Shown here piece after piece: positions 17,705 through 28,310 of a DNA stretch of 28,611 nt. The stretch lies in the NCBI GenBank assembly GCA_946535695.1, contig CAMNDS010000001.1, forward strand, positions 1-28,611, written 5' to 3'. How positions within the stretch are numbered: position 1 is the first letter of the stretch; each line of letters starts with the position of its first letter. The notes under the pieces were generated by a model. That model saw nothing but the letters and a program-made list of their open reading frames with translations. It searched no databases and was not told where the DNA came from. The DNA comes from an uncultured Clostridia bacterium. GTDB taxonomy: Bacteria; Bacillota; Clostridia; Oscillospirales; Acutalibacteraceae. The position numbers and the translations under genes are program-made.

Positions 17705-19030
17705 CTAATCCAAAAAGCCTTTGTAGATTCTCATCATTGTTTGTGATTGCAAAATTTTAACAGTTTCAAGCGCAACACCAACAAGAATGATTATTGACGT
17801 TCCACTCAGAGAAAGACCAGTCATGGGAATCAGCTGCATAAAAAGCATCGGGAAAATAGCAATAAATGCTAAAAATAATGCCCCCATTAAAATTACTTTT
17901 GATAAAACTCTACCCAAATATTCAGCAGTTGGCTTACCTGCACGAATCCCCGGGATCGCTCCACCACCTATTCTCAAATTGTTGGATATCTCAAGCGGAT
18001 CGTACGAAATTGAAACATAGAAATAAGCAAACATAATAATTAACGCAAAGTAAATCACATTATAAGTCCAGCTGCCAAACGTAAACGCGTTAAGAATTGC
18101 TTTCCATATACCATTGGAACCCACAAAAAGATTAATCATACTCGGCAGCATTAGCATAGAACCCGCAAAAACAATGGGCATAACTCCCGCCAGACCTATT
18201 TTTAAAGGCAAATGGCTACTTTGTCCATCAAAAACACGCCTGCCAATAACACGTTTTGCATATAAAATTGGCACCCGGCGTTCGGCGTCGTTCATAAAAA
18301 CTATCAGCCACATCATTCCCAAAAACACTACCAAAAAGATTGGAACGTATATATAGTACATCCAAAAATTTGCTGTATCAGTGATTGCATAATATAAATA
18401 AACACCCATGTTTTTCAATAAAGCTGGCATTCTAGAAACGATACCCGCAAACATCAAAATAGAAACACCATTGCCGATCCCATTTTCGTTAATACGTTCA
18501 CCGAGCCACATCATAAGAGCAGTTCCAGCAGCAAAAACCGCAATTATTACTATTGCTGCAAAAATTCCTTCAATTCCTTGGGTATACTTAATAATGCTCA
18601 TACCTGCATACCCATTATTACGAAGCAGCATATAATAACCGAACCCCTGCGAAATACCCAAAACAATCGTAAGAATACGAGTAATCGCTGTTATTTTTTT
18701 GCGACCTTGCTCACCTTCTTTATGAAGTGATTCAAGATACGGCAAAGCAACTCCCATAAGCTGCATTATAATCGAAGCATTAATGTTTGGTTGAACCGAA
18801 AGTGCGAAAAGAGTTGCTTGAGCAAACGCACCACCTGAAAGAGTATCAAAGTACTGTAAAAGCGAACTTCCGCCCGACATACCACTCATAAATCCCTTAA
18901 GAGCTTCAGTATTTAAAAAAGGTACAGGAATTATAGAACCTACTCTAAATACTATTATTATCAAAAGCGTATAAAGTAATCTTTGCTTTAAATCACCGGT
19001 TTTCCAAGCCTGCTTAAGCGTTCTGATCAT
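17705..19030 (-). CDS. secY: Preprotein translocase SecY
   Basis: TLFALSVQP, WLGERINENGIGNGVSILMF, AGVMPIVFA, GGAIPGIRAG, GTSIIILVGV. Confidence 0.98.
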   Translation of the reverse strand: MIRTLKQAWKTGDLKQRLLYTLLIIIVFRVGSIIPVPFLNTEALKGFMSGMSGGSSLLQYFDTLSGGAFAQATLFALSVQPNINASIIMQLMGVALPYLESLHKEGEQGRKKITAITRILTIVLGISQGFGYYMLLRNNGYAGMSIIKYTQGIEGIFAAIVIIAVFAAGTALMMWLGERINENGIGNGVSILMFAGIVSRMPALLKNMGVYLYYAITDTANFWMYYIYVPIFLVVFLGMMWLIVFMNDAERRVPILYAKRVIGRRVFDGQSSHLPLKIGLAGVMPIVFAGSMLMLPSMINLFVGSNGIWKAILNAFTFGSWTYNVIYFALIIMFAYFYVSISYDPLEISNNLRIGGGAIPGIRAGKPTAEYLGRVLSKVILMGALFLAFIAIFPMLFMQLIPMTGLSLSGTSIIILVGVALETVKILQSQTMMRIYKGFLD

Positions 19031-19476
19031 TTTTGAATCACCTCTGTGGTTCCGCCAACATTCTCAATTTTTAATTTTGCACCAGCTGAAAACATATTAG
19101 CGTGAACATTTAATTTTTTAGTCAAACTACCATTACCTAAAATTTTTAGATAATCAAATTTTCTTTTAACAATTCCATAAGATCTTAAGAGTTCTTTGTC
19201 AACCAGAGTACCATCTTCAAAAACTTCAAGCTTGCCAACATTCACGGCTGCAACCGATTTGGCAAAAATATTATTAAATCCACGTTTTGGAACCCTACGC
19301 TGAAGCGGCATTTGACCGCCTTCGAACCCCCATCTGATAGAGCCTCCTGAACGTGCCTTTTGTCCTTTGTGCCCTTTGCCAGCAGTTTTGCCATTACCCG
19401 AGCCATGCCCACGACCGACTCTTTTTTTTTGGTGTCTGGAATTTGCCGCAGGGCCAAAATTATTTACATTCAACAT
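19027..19476 (-). CDS. rplO: 50S ribosomal protein L15
   Basis: KRVGRGHGSGNGKTAGKGHKGQKARSGG, GFEGGQMPL. Real start is ATG 19476 after AAGGAGG; the track ORF is over-extended. Confidence 0.97.
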   Translation of the reverse strand: MLNVNNFGPAANSRHQKKRVGRGHGSGNGKTAGKGHKGQKARSGGSIRWGFEGGQMPLQRRVPKRGFNNIFAKSVAAVNVGKLEVFEDGTLVDKELLRSYGIVKRKFDYLKILGNGSLTKKLNVHANMFSAGAKLKIENVGGTTEVIQK

Positions 19477-19549
19477 AAGTTTTATCGCCTCCTTTAAAGT
19501 AAACTGCAGACACATACAAATAATATCATAAAAAGCAAAAAAATAAAAC

Positions 19550-20065
19550 TCATCCCAGAATTTCTGAAACTGTTTTTTCTCTAACTTCGGCAACACGTTC
19601 AACACTGCAAAGCGACTTCAAACCTTTAATAACCGCCTTTACAACGTTGCAAGGATTATTTGATTTTAAAGATTTTGCTCTCAAATCTTTTATGCCAACA
19701 GCTTCAATAACAGCACGCGCAGAACCTCCGGAAAGTACGCCTGTGCCCGGTGGAGCGGGTTTTAGCAAAACACGAGTGGCACCAAATTTGCCGATAACCT
19801 CATGAGGTATCGTATCTTTATGAAGATCCACTTTAATTATATGTTTTTTAGCATCTTCGATACCTTTTCGTATAGCATCCGGAATTTCGCCGGATTTTCC
19901 CATTCCAACGCCAACTTTGCCTTTTCCATCGCCTACTACCATAAGTGCTGAAAATTTGAAAATTCTTCCGCCTTTGACCGTTTTTGAAACGCGATTAACA
20001 GCAACCAAATGCTCTTTGAATTCGTCATTTTTTACAGATTTATTTCTAAAATTTGTTCTTGGCAA
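19550..20065 (-). CDS. rpsE: 30S ribosomal protein S5
   Basis: [26 protein letters not shown]. Start placed at TTG 20065, 8 nt after AGGAGG. Confidence 0.96.
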   Translation of the reverse strand: MPRTNFRNKSVKNDEFKEHLVAVNRVSKTVKGGRIFKFSALMVVGDGKGKVGVGMGKSGEIPDAIRKGIEDAKKHIIKVDLHKDTIPHEVIGKFGATRVLLKPAPPGTGVLSGGSARAVIEAVGIKDLRAKSLKSNNPCNVVKAVIKGLKSLCSVERVAEVREKTVSEILG

Positions 20066-20091
20066 GAAACACACCTCCTGAATTTAAAAAT

Positions 20092-20451
20092 TTAAAATTT
20101 AAGTCCGTTCTCTCTTGCACCTTCAGCAAGTTCTTTTACTCTTCCGTGATAAATATAACCACCTCTATCAAATACAACCTCAGAAATTCCGGCCTTGATT
20201 GCACGTTCAGAAACAATTTTGCCAACTTCACGCGCAGCAATTTTGTTACCACCATAATTTTCAAAATTTTTCTCTAAACTCGAAGCTGAAACTAGTGTCT
20301 TTGCTGTATCGTCATCAATCACCTGAGCATAAATATGTTTGAGCGAACGAAATACACACAAACGAGGTCTTGACGCCGAACCATAAATTTTTGCTCGAAC
20401 TCTTTTGTGCCTTTTCATGCGGCGATCATTTTTGTCAGCCTTATTAATCAT
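20092..20451 (-). CDS. rplR: 50S ribosomal protein L18
   Basis: [36 protein letters not shown]. Confidence 0.98.
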   Translation of the reverse strand: MINKADKNDRRMKRHKRVRAKIYGSASRPRLCVFRSLKHIYAQVIDDDTAKTLVSASSLEKNFENYGGNKIAAREVGKIVSERAIKAGISEVVFDRGGYIYHGRVKELAEGARENGLKF

Positions 20452-20467
20452 AAAAAATCACCTCCAA

Positions 20468-21013
20468 CTATTTTTTAGCTTTACCAGCTTTTCCTTCTTT
20501 GCGGCGTATAATTTCGTAATCGTATTTAATTCCTTTGCCTTTGTATGGCTCAGGAGGACGTTTAGATCTTATATTTGCTGCAAACTGACCAACTTTCTGC
20601 TTGTCGGCTCCGCGAACAATTATTTTATTTGCGCCCTGAACCTCCAGTGTTATGCCGTCTTCTTCCTTTACTATAACCGGATGAGAATAACCGAGATTCA
20701 AGACTAGATTTTTAGCCTGCTTTTGTGCTTTATATCCAACACCATTAATTTCGAGAGTCTTGGAGAATCCTTTTGTAACGCCTTCAACCATGTTGAAAAT
20801 AAGCGAACGAGTAAGTCCATGCAAAGCTCTGTTAAATTTTTCATCATTTTTACGCGAAACATTAATAACAGAATCAGCAATTTCAACATAAATATTGGGA
20901 TTTACAACTTGCGATAATTCTCCATTTGGTCCTTTTGCATGAAAAACACCATCAATGAAACTCACATTAACGCCGTTTGGAATATTTATAGGTTTTCTTC
21001 CAATTCTAGACAT
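20468..21013 (-). CDS. rplF: 50S ribosomal protein L6
   Basis: MSRIGRKPI, GVGYKA, LGYSHPV, RPPEPYKGKGI. Confidence 0.98.
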   Translation of the reverse strand: MSRIGRKPINIPNGVNVSFIDGVFHAKGPNGELSQVVNPNIYVEIADSVINVSRKNDEKFNRALHGLTRSLIFNMVEGVTKGFSKTLEINGVGYKAQKQAKNLVLNLGYSHPVIVKEEDGITLEVQGANKIIVRGADKQKVGQFAANIRSKRPPEPYKGKGIKYDYEIIRRKEGKAGKAKK

Positions 21014-21034
21014 ATCCTAGCACCTCCTTTTATT

Positions 21035-21433
21035 TTACCAAATATAAGCTAAAACCTCTCCGCCTAAACGTGATTTCCGTGCTTTTTTGTCGGTCATAAT
21101 GCCTCTTGAAGTTGAAATCAAAGCAATACCGAGCCCACCAATAACTTTTGGCAGCGCATCTGTTTTTGCATAGACTCGCATCCCGGGTTTTGAAATTCTT
21201 TTAAGATTAGTTATCACCGACGTTTGATCAGGATTATACTTTAAAAAAGCTTTAAGCATCCCTTGTTTGCCATCCTCGGAAATAACAAACTTTTTAACAA
21301 AACCTTCGTTGCATAAAATTTTAAGAATGGCAACCTTGATGTTGGAAGATGGAATTTCAACACTTATATGATGCGCCGAAATAGCATTTCGAATTCTTGT
21401 TAAAGTATCTGCAATAGCATCAGTAACTCTCAT
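21035..21433 (-). CDS. rpsH: 30S ribosomal protein S8
   Basis: [40 protein letters not shown]. Confidence 0.98.
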   Translation of the reverse strand: MRVTDAIADTLTRIRNAISAHHISVEIPSSNIKVAILKILCNEGFVKKFVISEDGKQGMLKAFLKYNPDQTSVITNLKRISKPGMRVYAKTDALPKVIGGLGIALISTSRGIMTDKKARKSRLGGEVLAYIW

Positions 21434-21469
21434 TAATTCTCTCCTTTCGATTTTAAGATTTTAAAAAAA

Positions 21470-21655
21470 TTACCAACTGGCTTTTCTAACACCCGGTATT
21501 TCGCCTTTGTGCGCAAGATTCCTAAAACAAATGCGGCAAATTCCGAACATTCTGAGGAATCCCCTGGGTCTTCCACATAAGCTGCAACGAGTGTACTCGC
21601 GAGTTTTAAACTTTTGCTCGCGTTTTTGCTTGGCAATTAACGACTTTTTTGCCAT
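21470..21655 (-). CDS. rpsZ: 30S ribosomal protein S14, type Z (Zn-binding)
   Basis: 61 aa; RCSLCGRPR...CRICFR. Confidence 0.97.
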   Translation of the reverse strand: MAKKSLIAKQKREQKFKTREYTRCSLCGRPRGFLRMFGICRICFRNLAHKGEIPGVRKASW

Positions 21656-21676
21656 AATCCGCCTCCTTTCATTAAA

Positions 21677-22222
21677 TTATACCGCACTTTTAAACGGAGC
21701 GCCGAACAAACTCAAAAGTTCGCGTGCATGTTCATCATTTTTTGCGGTAGTAATTATATTTATATCCATTCCGCGGACTTTGTCAATCTTATCATAATCA
21801 ATTTCGGAAAAAATCAGCTGTTCTTTAACGCCAATATTATAGTTCCCGTGACCATCAAACGATTTATTGCTGATTCCTCTAAAGTCTCTAACTCTTGGCA
21901 GCGCTAGGTTAAAAAACCTATCAATAAATTCATACATCCTGTCGCCGCGCAAAGTTACTTTTACTCCAATTTTCATGCCCGCCCGAATCTTAAAGTTCGA
22001 AATCGAACGTCTTGCCAAACACGGAACAGCATGCTGACCGGTGATTTTTGACAAACCACTGGCAATAGATTCGATGGCTTTGGAATTTTCGCGAACTTCT
22101 CCTGCCCCAACATTAATGACTACTTTTTCAATTTTTGGTACTTGCATGATATTTTTAAAAGAAAATTTTTTCATTAAATTGGGGATAATTTTCGATTTGT
22201 AAAATTCTCTAAGTCGTGCCAT
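21677..22222 (-). CDS. rplE: 50S ribosomal protein L5
   Basis: [33 protein letters not shown]. Confidence 0.98.
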   Translation of the reverse strand: MARLREFYKSKIIPNLMKKFSFKNIMQVPKIEKVVINVGAGEVRENSKAIESIASGLSKITGQHAVPCLARRSISNFKIRAGMKIGVKVTLRGDRMYEFIDRFFNLALPRVRDFRGISNKSFDGHGNYNIGVKEQLIFSEIDYDKIDKVRGMDINIITTAKNDEHARELLSLFGAPFKSAV

Positions 22223-22244
22223 AAATTAACCTCCTTTTGTAAAA

Positions 22245-22583
22245 TTACTTAGCAAACTGCCTTTTGCACTTTTTGCAAACGCGGACTTTAACATTTTTTT
22301 CATTAAATTCATGTCCCACGCGAGTCGGAACATCACAATGTGGGCACACAACCTGCAGCTTATCAGTGCGAATCGGGGCCTCAACTTCGACAATTCCAGA
22401 ATCATCGCCGATTCTTCTGGCTTTTAAGTGCTTTTTAACTTTATTTATGCCGGAAACCAAAGCTTTTTTGGCACGTGCACTCAGTGCGATAACTCGACCG
22501 CGTTTTTTCTTATCTTTGCCCGAAAGTACACAAACCATATCTCCAATTTTAACATGAGATTTTAAAATGCACGTTTTGTTCAC
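22245..22583 (-). CDS. rplX: 50S ribosomal protein L24
   Basis: KOW motif GDMVCVLSGKDK, EAPI, PTRVG. Confidence 0.95.
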   Translation of the reverse strand: MNKTCILKSHVKIGDMVCVLSGKDKKKRGRVIALSARAKKALVSGINKVKKHLKARRIGDDSGIVEVEAPIRTDKLQVVCPHCDVPTRVGHEFNEKNVKVRVCKKCKRQFAK

Positions 22584-22613
22584 GTTATCACCTCCTTTAC
22601 ATCGCCCGAATTT

Positions 22614-22982
22614 TTATAAAGTTTCGGGTGCTAAACTTAAAATTTTGGAAAATTGTTTATCTCTGAGTTCACGCGGCATTGGACCAAATATACGAGTGCC
22701 CTTGGGAGTTTTATCCTCTTTAATTATGACAGCCGCGTTTTCATTAAAACGAATATAAGAACCGTCTTTTCGAGCAATTGCACATACCGTGCGCACCACA
22801 ACCGCCTTTACTACATTGCCTTTTTTGACAGAACCTGTATTGCCGGCTTTTTTAACCGATGCAACTATAATATCTCCGACTCGTGCATACTTGCGCTTAG
22901 AGCCCCCCAAAACCTTAATGCACATAATTTCTTTTGCGCCGGTATTATCCGCAACTTTTAACCTTGTTTGAGGCTGTATCAA
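22614..22982 (-). CDS. rplN: 50S ribosomal protein L14
   Basis: [29 protein letters not shown]. Confidence 0.98.
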   Translation of the reverse strand: MIQPQTRLKVADNTGAKEIMCIKVLGGSKRKYARVGDIIVASVKKAGNTGSVKKGNVVKAVVVRTVCAIARKDGSYIRFNENAAVIIKEDKTPKGTRIFGPMPRELRDKQFSKILSLAPETL

Positions 22983-22997
22983 AGCAATCCCCTCCTT

Positions 22998-23273
22998 TTA
23001 ATTTTTACTTTCTAAAATTTTAACTAATCGCCAGCATTTTTCTTTCGAAAGTGGTCTAGTTTCCATTATTTTAACACGGTCGCCAATTTTGCATTCATTT
23101 TTTTCATCATGAGCTTTAAATTTACTCCTGCGATTAATATATTTTTTGTAAAGTTTATGCTTGACCAATTGTTCAACTTGAACAACTATTGTTTTATCCA
23201 TTTTATCACTTGTTACAATACCTATTCTGGTTTTTCTGGAATTCCTGACAGGCTTTTTTAAAACTGCTTGCAT
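22998..23273 (-). CDS. rpsQ: 30S ribosomal protein S17
   Basis: [26 protein letters not shown]. Confidence 0.97.
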   Translation of the reverse strand: MQAVLKKPVRNSRKTRIGIVTSDKMDKTIVVQVEQLVKHKLYKKYINRRSKFKAHDEKNECKIGDRVKIMETRPLSKEKCWRLVKILESKN

Positions 23274-23276
23274 TTA

Positions 23277-23468
23277 CTAGACCTCCTTTTTTAAGTTTAA
23301 AACTGTTAATATTCTGGCAATATCTTTTTTCAAATGCCTTATTCTCATTGGATTGTTAAGCTGATGAATTGCTTTTTGGCAGCGAAGATTAAAAAGCTCT
23401 TCTTTGAATTCGGCTAATTTTTTTACCATTTCTTCCTGCGAAAGATTCAAAATTTCTTTAATTTTCAT
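23277..23468 (-). CDS. rpmC: 50S ribosomal protein L29
   Basis: [15 protein letters not shown]. Start set at ATG 23468 after GGAGG. Confidence 0.95.
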   Translation of the reverse strand: MKIKEILNLSQEEMVKKLAEFKEELFNLRCQKAIHQLNNPMRIRHLKKDIARILTVLNLKKEV

Positions 23469-23898
23469 CCTTGCCTCCATTATCCAAAGAAATTTCTTTT
23501 TTAACAAACTTGCATTTAACCGGTAATTTCATGGCCGCCAAGCGCATAGCTTCTCTTGCAATTTTTTCATTTACTTCGGCAAGTTCAAACATAATTCTGC
23601 CAGGTTTTACAACTGCAACCCAAAACTCAGGCGCCCCTTTACCTTTACCCATTCTGGTTTCGGCAGGTTTTTTAGAAACCGGTTTATCAGGAAATATTTT
23701 TATCCAAACTTTTCCCATTCTTTTACAATACCTGGTCATCGCAACACGCGCGGCCTCGATTTGATTTGAAGTTATCCAGCAAGGTTCGAGCGATTGCAAG
23801 CCATAATCACCATAAGTTACGGTGTTCCCACGCGTAGCTTTGCCTTTCATTCTGCCTCTGTGTGCTTTTCTGTATTTCGTTCTTTTAGGCAACAGCAT
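23458..23898 (-). CDS. rplP: 50S ribosomal protein L16
   Basis: [35 protein letters not shown]. Confidence 0.98.
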   Translation of the reverse strand: MLLPKRTKYRKAHRGRMKGKATRGNTVTYGDYGLQSLEPCWITSNQIEAARVAMTRYCKRMGKVWIKIFPDKPVSKKPAETRMGKGKGAPEFWVAVVKPGRIMFELAEVNEKIAREAMRLAAMKLPVKCKFVKKEISLDNGGKDEN

Positions 23899-24562
23899 TT
23901 CTAACCCCTCCTTTTACAATCTTTCTATCAGATTGCTTAAAAATTTCACCTTTATATATCCAAACTTTAACCCCAATTTTACCATAAGTCGTATCAGCTT
24001 CGGCAAAACCATAATCAATATCGGCACGAATCATCTGCAGTGGAATACTGCCTTCGTGGTAGTGCTCGGCACGAGCGATATCGGCACCGGCAAGCCTACC
24101 AGAAACTCTGACTTTAATTCCTTTGACACCCAAACGCATGGCTTTTCCTATAACCTGTTTGATTACACGCCTGAATGGAGTACGTTTTTCAAGCTGCTGA
24201 GCAACATTTTCGGCCACTAACTGAGCATTGCAATCTGCACGCTTGATTTCTAATACATTAATAATAACTTGGGAATTAATTAAACTAGAGCATTCTTTTT
24301 TTAACTTTTCTATACCACTACCTGCACGACCAATTACAATTCCTGGCTTTGCACAATAAACAAAAATATAAATTTTACCGCCGCGGCGTTCAATTTCAAT
24401 TTTAGCAACACCGGCCTTGCGAATTTGCTTTTTAATAAATACTCTGATTTTTTTATCTTCAACAATCAATGCCGGAATATCTTTTTTTTCAGCAAACCAG
24501 CGTGAAAGCCAATCTTTATTTATACCCATCCTCATTCCATTAGGATTGATCTTTTGCCCCAT
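23885..24562 (-). CDS. rpsC: 30S ribosomal protein S3
   Basis: [40 protein letters not shown]. Start set at ATG 24562. Confidence 0.98.
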   Translation of the reverse strand: MGQKINPNGMRMGINKDWLSRWFAEKKDIPALIVEDKKIRVFIKKQIRKAGVAKIEIERRGGKIYIFVYCAKPGIVIGRAGSGIEKLKKECSSLINSQVIINVLEIKRADCNAQLVAENVAQQLEKRTPFRRVIKQVIGKAMRLGVKGIKVRVSGRLAGADIARAEHYHEGSIPLQMIRADIDYGFAEADTTYGKIGVKVWIYKGEIFKQSDRKIVKGGVRNAVA

Positions 24563-24908
24563 TACTCTCATCCTCCTTATAATCATTTAATATAATAGTA
24601 ACATGTGAAGACCTTTTTAAAATTCTATGCCCGCGGCCTTTAGAAACCGGCTGCATACGCTTTAAAGTGGGTCCAGGGCACGTAAAACACTTTGAAATAT
24701 ACAATTCAGATGCTTGCATATTATGAACATTTACAGCATTTGAAATTGCGGAATTTAAAAGTCTTAGTAAATGCCATGATGCCGATTTTGGTGTGTGCTG
24801 CAATATCCCAATTGCTAAGCCAACCGGTTTATTCCTTATTAAATCAAGAACTATCCCGACTTTTCGCGGCGAAATCCGCAAATATTTTAAATGTGCTTTA
24901 GCTTCCAT
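24540..24908 (-). CDS. rplV: 50S ribosomal protein L22
   Basis: RISPRKV, GPTLKR, SHVTI; C-terminus overlaps rpsC by 23 nt. Confidence 0.96.
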   Translation of the reverse strand: MEAKAHLKYLRISPRKVGIVLDLIRNKPVGLAIGILQHTPKSASWHLLRLLNSAISNAVNVHNMQASELYISKCFTCPGPTLKRMQPVSKGRGHRILKRSSHVTIILNDYKEDESNGAKDQS

Positions 24909-24942
24909 ATTTTACCTCCTCATTCGTTAAAATTAGTATTTG

Positions 24943-25233
24943 CTATTTTTTAATTTTATCGGCAGTAGCGTTTTTGGAACCTGAATGTGCCTTAAAAGTA
25001 CGCGTCGGTGCAAACTCGCCCAACTTATGCCCCACCATATCTTCAATAATATAAACAGGAATATGCTTTCTTCCATTATGAACAGCAATTGTATGACCTA
25101 CAAATTCTGGAAAAATTGTAGAAGCACGACTCCATGTTTTTAAAGGCTCTTTTTTACCACTTTTATTCATATTTTGGATTCGTTTCATTAATTTTTCTTG
25201 CACAAAAGGTCCTTTTTTTAAACTGCGACTCAT
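24943..25233 (-). CDS. rpsS: 30S ribosomal protein S19
   Basis: [31 protein letters not shown]. Confidence 0.98.
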   Translation of the reverse strand: MSRSLKKGPFVQEKLMKRIQNMNKSGKKEPLKTWSRASTIFPEFVGHTIAVHNGRKHIPVYIIEDMVGHKLGEFAPTRTFKAHSGSKNATADKIKK

Positions 25234-25255
25234 ATTATTCCTCCCTTCAATACTT

Positions 25256-26089
25256 TTATTTTCCGTTTCTGCGTTTTACTATAAACTTATCAGAAATCTT
25301 GTGATTTTTACGAGTTTTATATCCCAAAGTTGGCTTACCCCAAGGTGTTACAGGAGTTGCCCTACCAATTGGTGACTTGCCCTCACCACCACCATGTGGG
25401 TGATCGCATGGATTCATAACTGAACCCCTAACAGTTGGTCTCCAACCCATGTGACGTTTCCTACCGGCTTTACCTATTTTTATATTTTCATGGTCTAGAT
25501 TTCCGACCTGACCAATGGTCGCCATGCAAAGTTCCGGCACATTCCTAAGCTCACCTGACGGTAAACGCAAAAGCGCCATATCATCTTCTTTTGCCATAAG
25601 CTGCGCCATGTTTCCAGCCGATCTTGCTATTTGCCCACCTTTACCAGGATACATCTCAACATTATGAACAAATGATCCAACAGGAATGTCTTTTAATTTA
25701 AGTGCGTTACCAATTTTTATATCTGCATTTTCGCCCGAAACCACGTCTTGCCCAATTTCTAATCCTAAAGGAGCCAAAATGTATTTTTTGGTCTTGTCGG
25801 AATACTCAACCAGTGCAATATACGCAGACCTGTTAGGGTCATACTCGAGACTCAAAACCTTAGCGTTTTCACCAAATTTATTTCTTTTAAAATCAATAAT
25901 ACGATATTTATTTCGATTGCCGCCGCCGCGATGTCTTACAGTTATTCTGCCGTAACTATTACGCCCCGCATGTTTTTTTAGAGACTTTAAAAGTGTCTTG
26001 TTCGGTGAAACTTTAGACAAACCGGAAAAATCCGATGAAGTCATGTTCCTACGCGAAGGTGTTACTGGCTTGTAAGTTTTAACTGCCAT
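25256..26089 (-). CDS. rplB: 50S ribosomal protein L2
   Basis: [40 protein letters not shown]. Confidence 0.99.
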   Translation of the reverse strand: MAVKTYKPVTPSRRNMTSSDFSGLSKVSPNKTLLKSLKKHAGRNSYGRITVRHRGGGNRNKYRIIDFKRNKFGENAKVLSLEYDPNRSAYIALVEYSDKTKKYILAPLGLEIGQDVVSGENADIKIGNALKLKDIPVGSFVHNVEMYPGKGGQIARSAGNMAQLMAKEDDMALLRLPSGELRNVPELCMATIGQVGNLDHENIKIGKAGRKRHMGWRPTVRGSVMNPCDHPHGGGEGKSPIGRATPVTPWGKPTLGYKTRKNHKISDKFIVKRRNGK

Positions 26090-26108
26090 TTTTTCACTCT
26101 CCTTTAAG

Positions 26109-26411
26109 TTAAGTTATTTGATTGAAAAATTCTATGCTTTTTTCGCCTTTTGCAAGAGTAACAATTGCTTTTTTCCAAGAAGGAGTCATACCTGATATTT
26201 TCCCTCTCCTCCTATGCTTGCCCCTTACGTTGACGGTATTTACTTTTGAAACTTTAACATTGAACGCCTTTTCAATAGCCTGTCTAATCTCAACTTTACA
26301 TGCATCCCTTTTAACCTTAAAACAATATTTTAAATTCGTAATGCCAAGCATGGATTTTTCAGAAATGAGCGGAGCGATAATAACATCATGGAAAGTACTG
26401 AAAGACTTCAT
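26109..26411 (-). CDS. rplW: 50S ribosomal protein L23
   Basis: [37 protein letters not shown] 26411 preferred; GTG 26414 possible. Confidence 0.96.
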   Translation of the reverse strand: MKSFSTFHDVIIAPLISEKSMLGITNLKYCFKVKRDACKVEIRQAIEKAFNVKVSKVNTVNVRGKHRRRGKISGMTPSWKKAIVTLAKGEKSIEFFNQIT

Positions 26412-27061
26412 CACGCCACCACCTTTTCCTGTTTACTTTTATCTGGACCAAAAATCTTATCAATTTTGCCAACAGCATTTTTAAAAATAATTAATTTTTC
26501 ATGATAAAAAATATCGTAAGAATTTAAACTTTCAGCCGACAAAACTTTAATCCCCGCAATATTTGCGGCAGACTTTACAAAAAATTTGTTAGATTCAGGC
26601 AAAACAAAGACTGCTTTTTTCACGCTTAAATTTTTTAAAACTTCTAAAATTTCTTTAGTTTTATAAGATTGCATGACAAAATCTTCTAAAATAATCAATT
26701 TTTCTGTCTTTACCTTTAAAGATAAAACCGAACGGATAGCAAGTTTTCTGACTTTTTTATTTAAAGTTCTTGAATAGTCTCTTGGCTTTGGAGCAAAAAC
26801 TATACCACCATGACGCCACTGCGGCGCTCTTGTTGAACCTTGACGCGCATGCCCGGTACCTTTTTGCCTCCAAGGTTTGGCGCCACCTCCGCTGACTTCT
26901 GCACGTGTGAGCGCGGATTTTGTCCCTTGCCTTTGATTTGCCAAGTAAACTACTATTGACTCATGCAAAACCGGAATGTTTGGTTCAATCCCAAAAATTT
27001 CATCAGACAAATTAATATTTCCGACTTTTTTGCCGTTTTTATCCAAAACATTAGAAAGCAT
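26411..27061 (-). CDS. rplD: 50S ribosomal protein L4
   Basis: RQGTKSALTRAEVSGGG, KPWRQKGTGHARQGS, GGIVFAPKPR. Confidence 0.98.
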   Translation of the reverse strand: MLSNVLDKNGKKVGNINLSDEIFGIEPNIPVLHESIVVYLANQRQGTKSALTRAEVSGGGAKPWRQKGTGHARQGSTRAPQWRHGGIVFAPKPRDYSRTLNKKVRKLAIRSVLSLKVKTEKLIILEDFVMQSYKTKEILEVLKNLSVKKAVFVLPESNKFFVKSAANIAGIKVLSAESLNSYDIFYHEKLIIFKNAVGKIDKIFGPDKSKQEKVVA

Positions 27062-27711
27062 TATTTTCCCTCCTTTTTGCTTTTTTTAACCGTATTTTTT
27101 ATATAAACAATCGAGCCTTTTGGTCCTGGAACAGACCCTTTTATCGCGATTAAATTTTCATTTTCAATAATTTTGACTATTTTTAAATTTTGAACAGTAA
27201 CGCGTTCATGCCCCAAGTGACCCGCCGAACGTAAGCCTTTGTAAACTCTTGATGGATCAGAACACTGACCAATTGAACCACCGTGACGACTAACAGGACC
27301 TGTACCGTGGCTTTCTCTTAGTCTTCTAAAATTCCAACGTTTTATAACACCTGCCCAGCCTTTGCCTTTACTGGTTCCGGTTACATCCACGCATTCGCCG
27401 ACGGAAAACACGTTAACTTTTATTGAATCACCGATATTTAAATTTTCAGAATCCGCGAGTTTAAATTCGCACAAAATTTTAACAGGTTCAATTTTATTTT
27501 TTTCAAAAAAGACGAGCTGTGGTTTTTTTACCTTTTCTTCTTTAATTTTACCATAACCTAATTGAACGGCAGAATATCCATCTTTTTCAATGGTTTTTTT
27601 GCAAGACACGACACAAGGACCCGCTTTTATAACCGTTACAGGTATCATACAGCCGTCTTCGGTAAAAATACGCGTAATACCTACTTTTTCTCCTATTATG
27701 GCTTTATTCAT
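27061..27711 (-). CDS. rplC: 50S ribosomal protein L3
   Basis: PVTVI, DGYSAVQLG, GTSKGKG, KGSVPG. Confidence 0.98.
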   Translation of the reverse strand: MNKAIIGEKVGITRIFTEDGCMIPVTVIKAGPCVVSCKKTIEKDGYSAVQLGYGKIKEEKVKKPQLVFFEKNKIEPVKILCEFKLADSENLNIGDSIKVNVFSVGECVDVTGTSKGKGWAGVIKRWNFRRLRESHGTGPVSRHGGSIGQCSDPSRVYKGLRSAGHLGHERVTVQNLKIVKIIENENLIAIKGSVPGPKGSIVYIKNTVKKSKKEGK

Positions 27712-27737
27712 TAAAACACCTCCTTTGAATTAAAAAA

Positions 27738-28061
27738 TTAAAGTTTAAGCCCAATTTCAACTCCGGCCGGGAGCTCAATATTGGTAAGATTTTCAACAGT
27801 TTTATTAGATGGTTTCAAAACATCTATTAAGCGTTTATGAGTTCTGACTTCAAACTGCTCGCGACTATCTTTGTTGACTTGAGTTGAACGCAGAATGGTT
27901 ATAATTTTCTTCTCAGTTGGCAAAGGTATAGGACCAGAAACCACAGCGCCGGTACGCACAGCTGTTTCAACAATTTTTGCGCAAGATTTATCGATGAGTT
28001 CATGATCGTAACTCTTGAGTTTGATTCTTATTTTTTTCTGATTTTTCGCATCCGCACTCAC
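27738..28061 (-). CDS. rpsJ: 30S ribosomal protein S10
   Basis: [38 protein letters not shown]. Confidence 0.98.
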   Translation of the reverse strand: MSADAKNQKKIRIKLKSYDHELIDKSCAKIVETAVRTGAVVSGPIPLPTEKKIITILRSTQVNKDSREQFEVRTHKRLIDVLKPSNKTVENLTNIELPAGVEIGLKL

Positions 28062-28127
28062 TTGTAAACACCTCCTTATTGAAAAAATAAAGACCGCAAT
28101 TTATATTTTAGAAACAGAGATTTGAGA

Positions 28128-28156
28128 ATATTACCATAATGATTATTAAAAATCAA
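28128..28156 (-). promoter_or_regulatory. Putative sigma-A promoter of the S10 operon
   Basis: Minus strand TTGATT (28156-28151), 17 nt, TAATAT (28133-28128), with extended -10 TG. Confidence 0.5.
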
Positions 28157-28256
28157 TAGGTTTCGGCAAAAAATGGAATTATTTATCTAAAAATTTATCT
28201 GTAGCAAGACAAGATATTTTAAAATCTGGCATTTTAGAATACGAATAAACTTTCTT

Positions 28257-28296
28257 TCTGGTGATACCAAAGAGAGCTTTTTTTATTTTGCAATGC
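28257..28296 (+). repeat. Dispersed hairpin repeat, copy C (most diverged)
   Basis: TCTGGT-GAT-ACCAAA ... TTTTGCAATGC; about 28/40 identity to copy A with one 3-nt gap; GGC/GCC stem replaced by GGT/ACC. Confidence 0.45.
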
Positions 28297-28310
28297 CATT
28301 TAACATAAAA

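Noticed and set aside
672-27556. Numerous 60-132 aa ORFs in the track that lie antisense to or in alternate frames of real genes (e.g. 10840-11238, 15221-15571, 23822-24220, 26122-26484)
   Set aside because: They are fully nested in well-supported conserved genes and have no RBS or motifs; typical shadow ORFs.
28170-28245. Further repeat-end-like words (TAGCAAGAC 28202-28210, TTTAGAATAC 28233-28242) and duplicated ATTTATCT
   Set aside because: Too short and AT-rich, with no hairpin; cannot be distinguished from chance without a genome-wide model.
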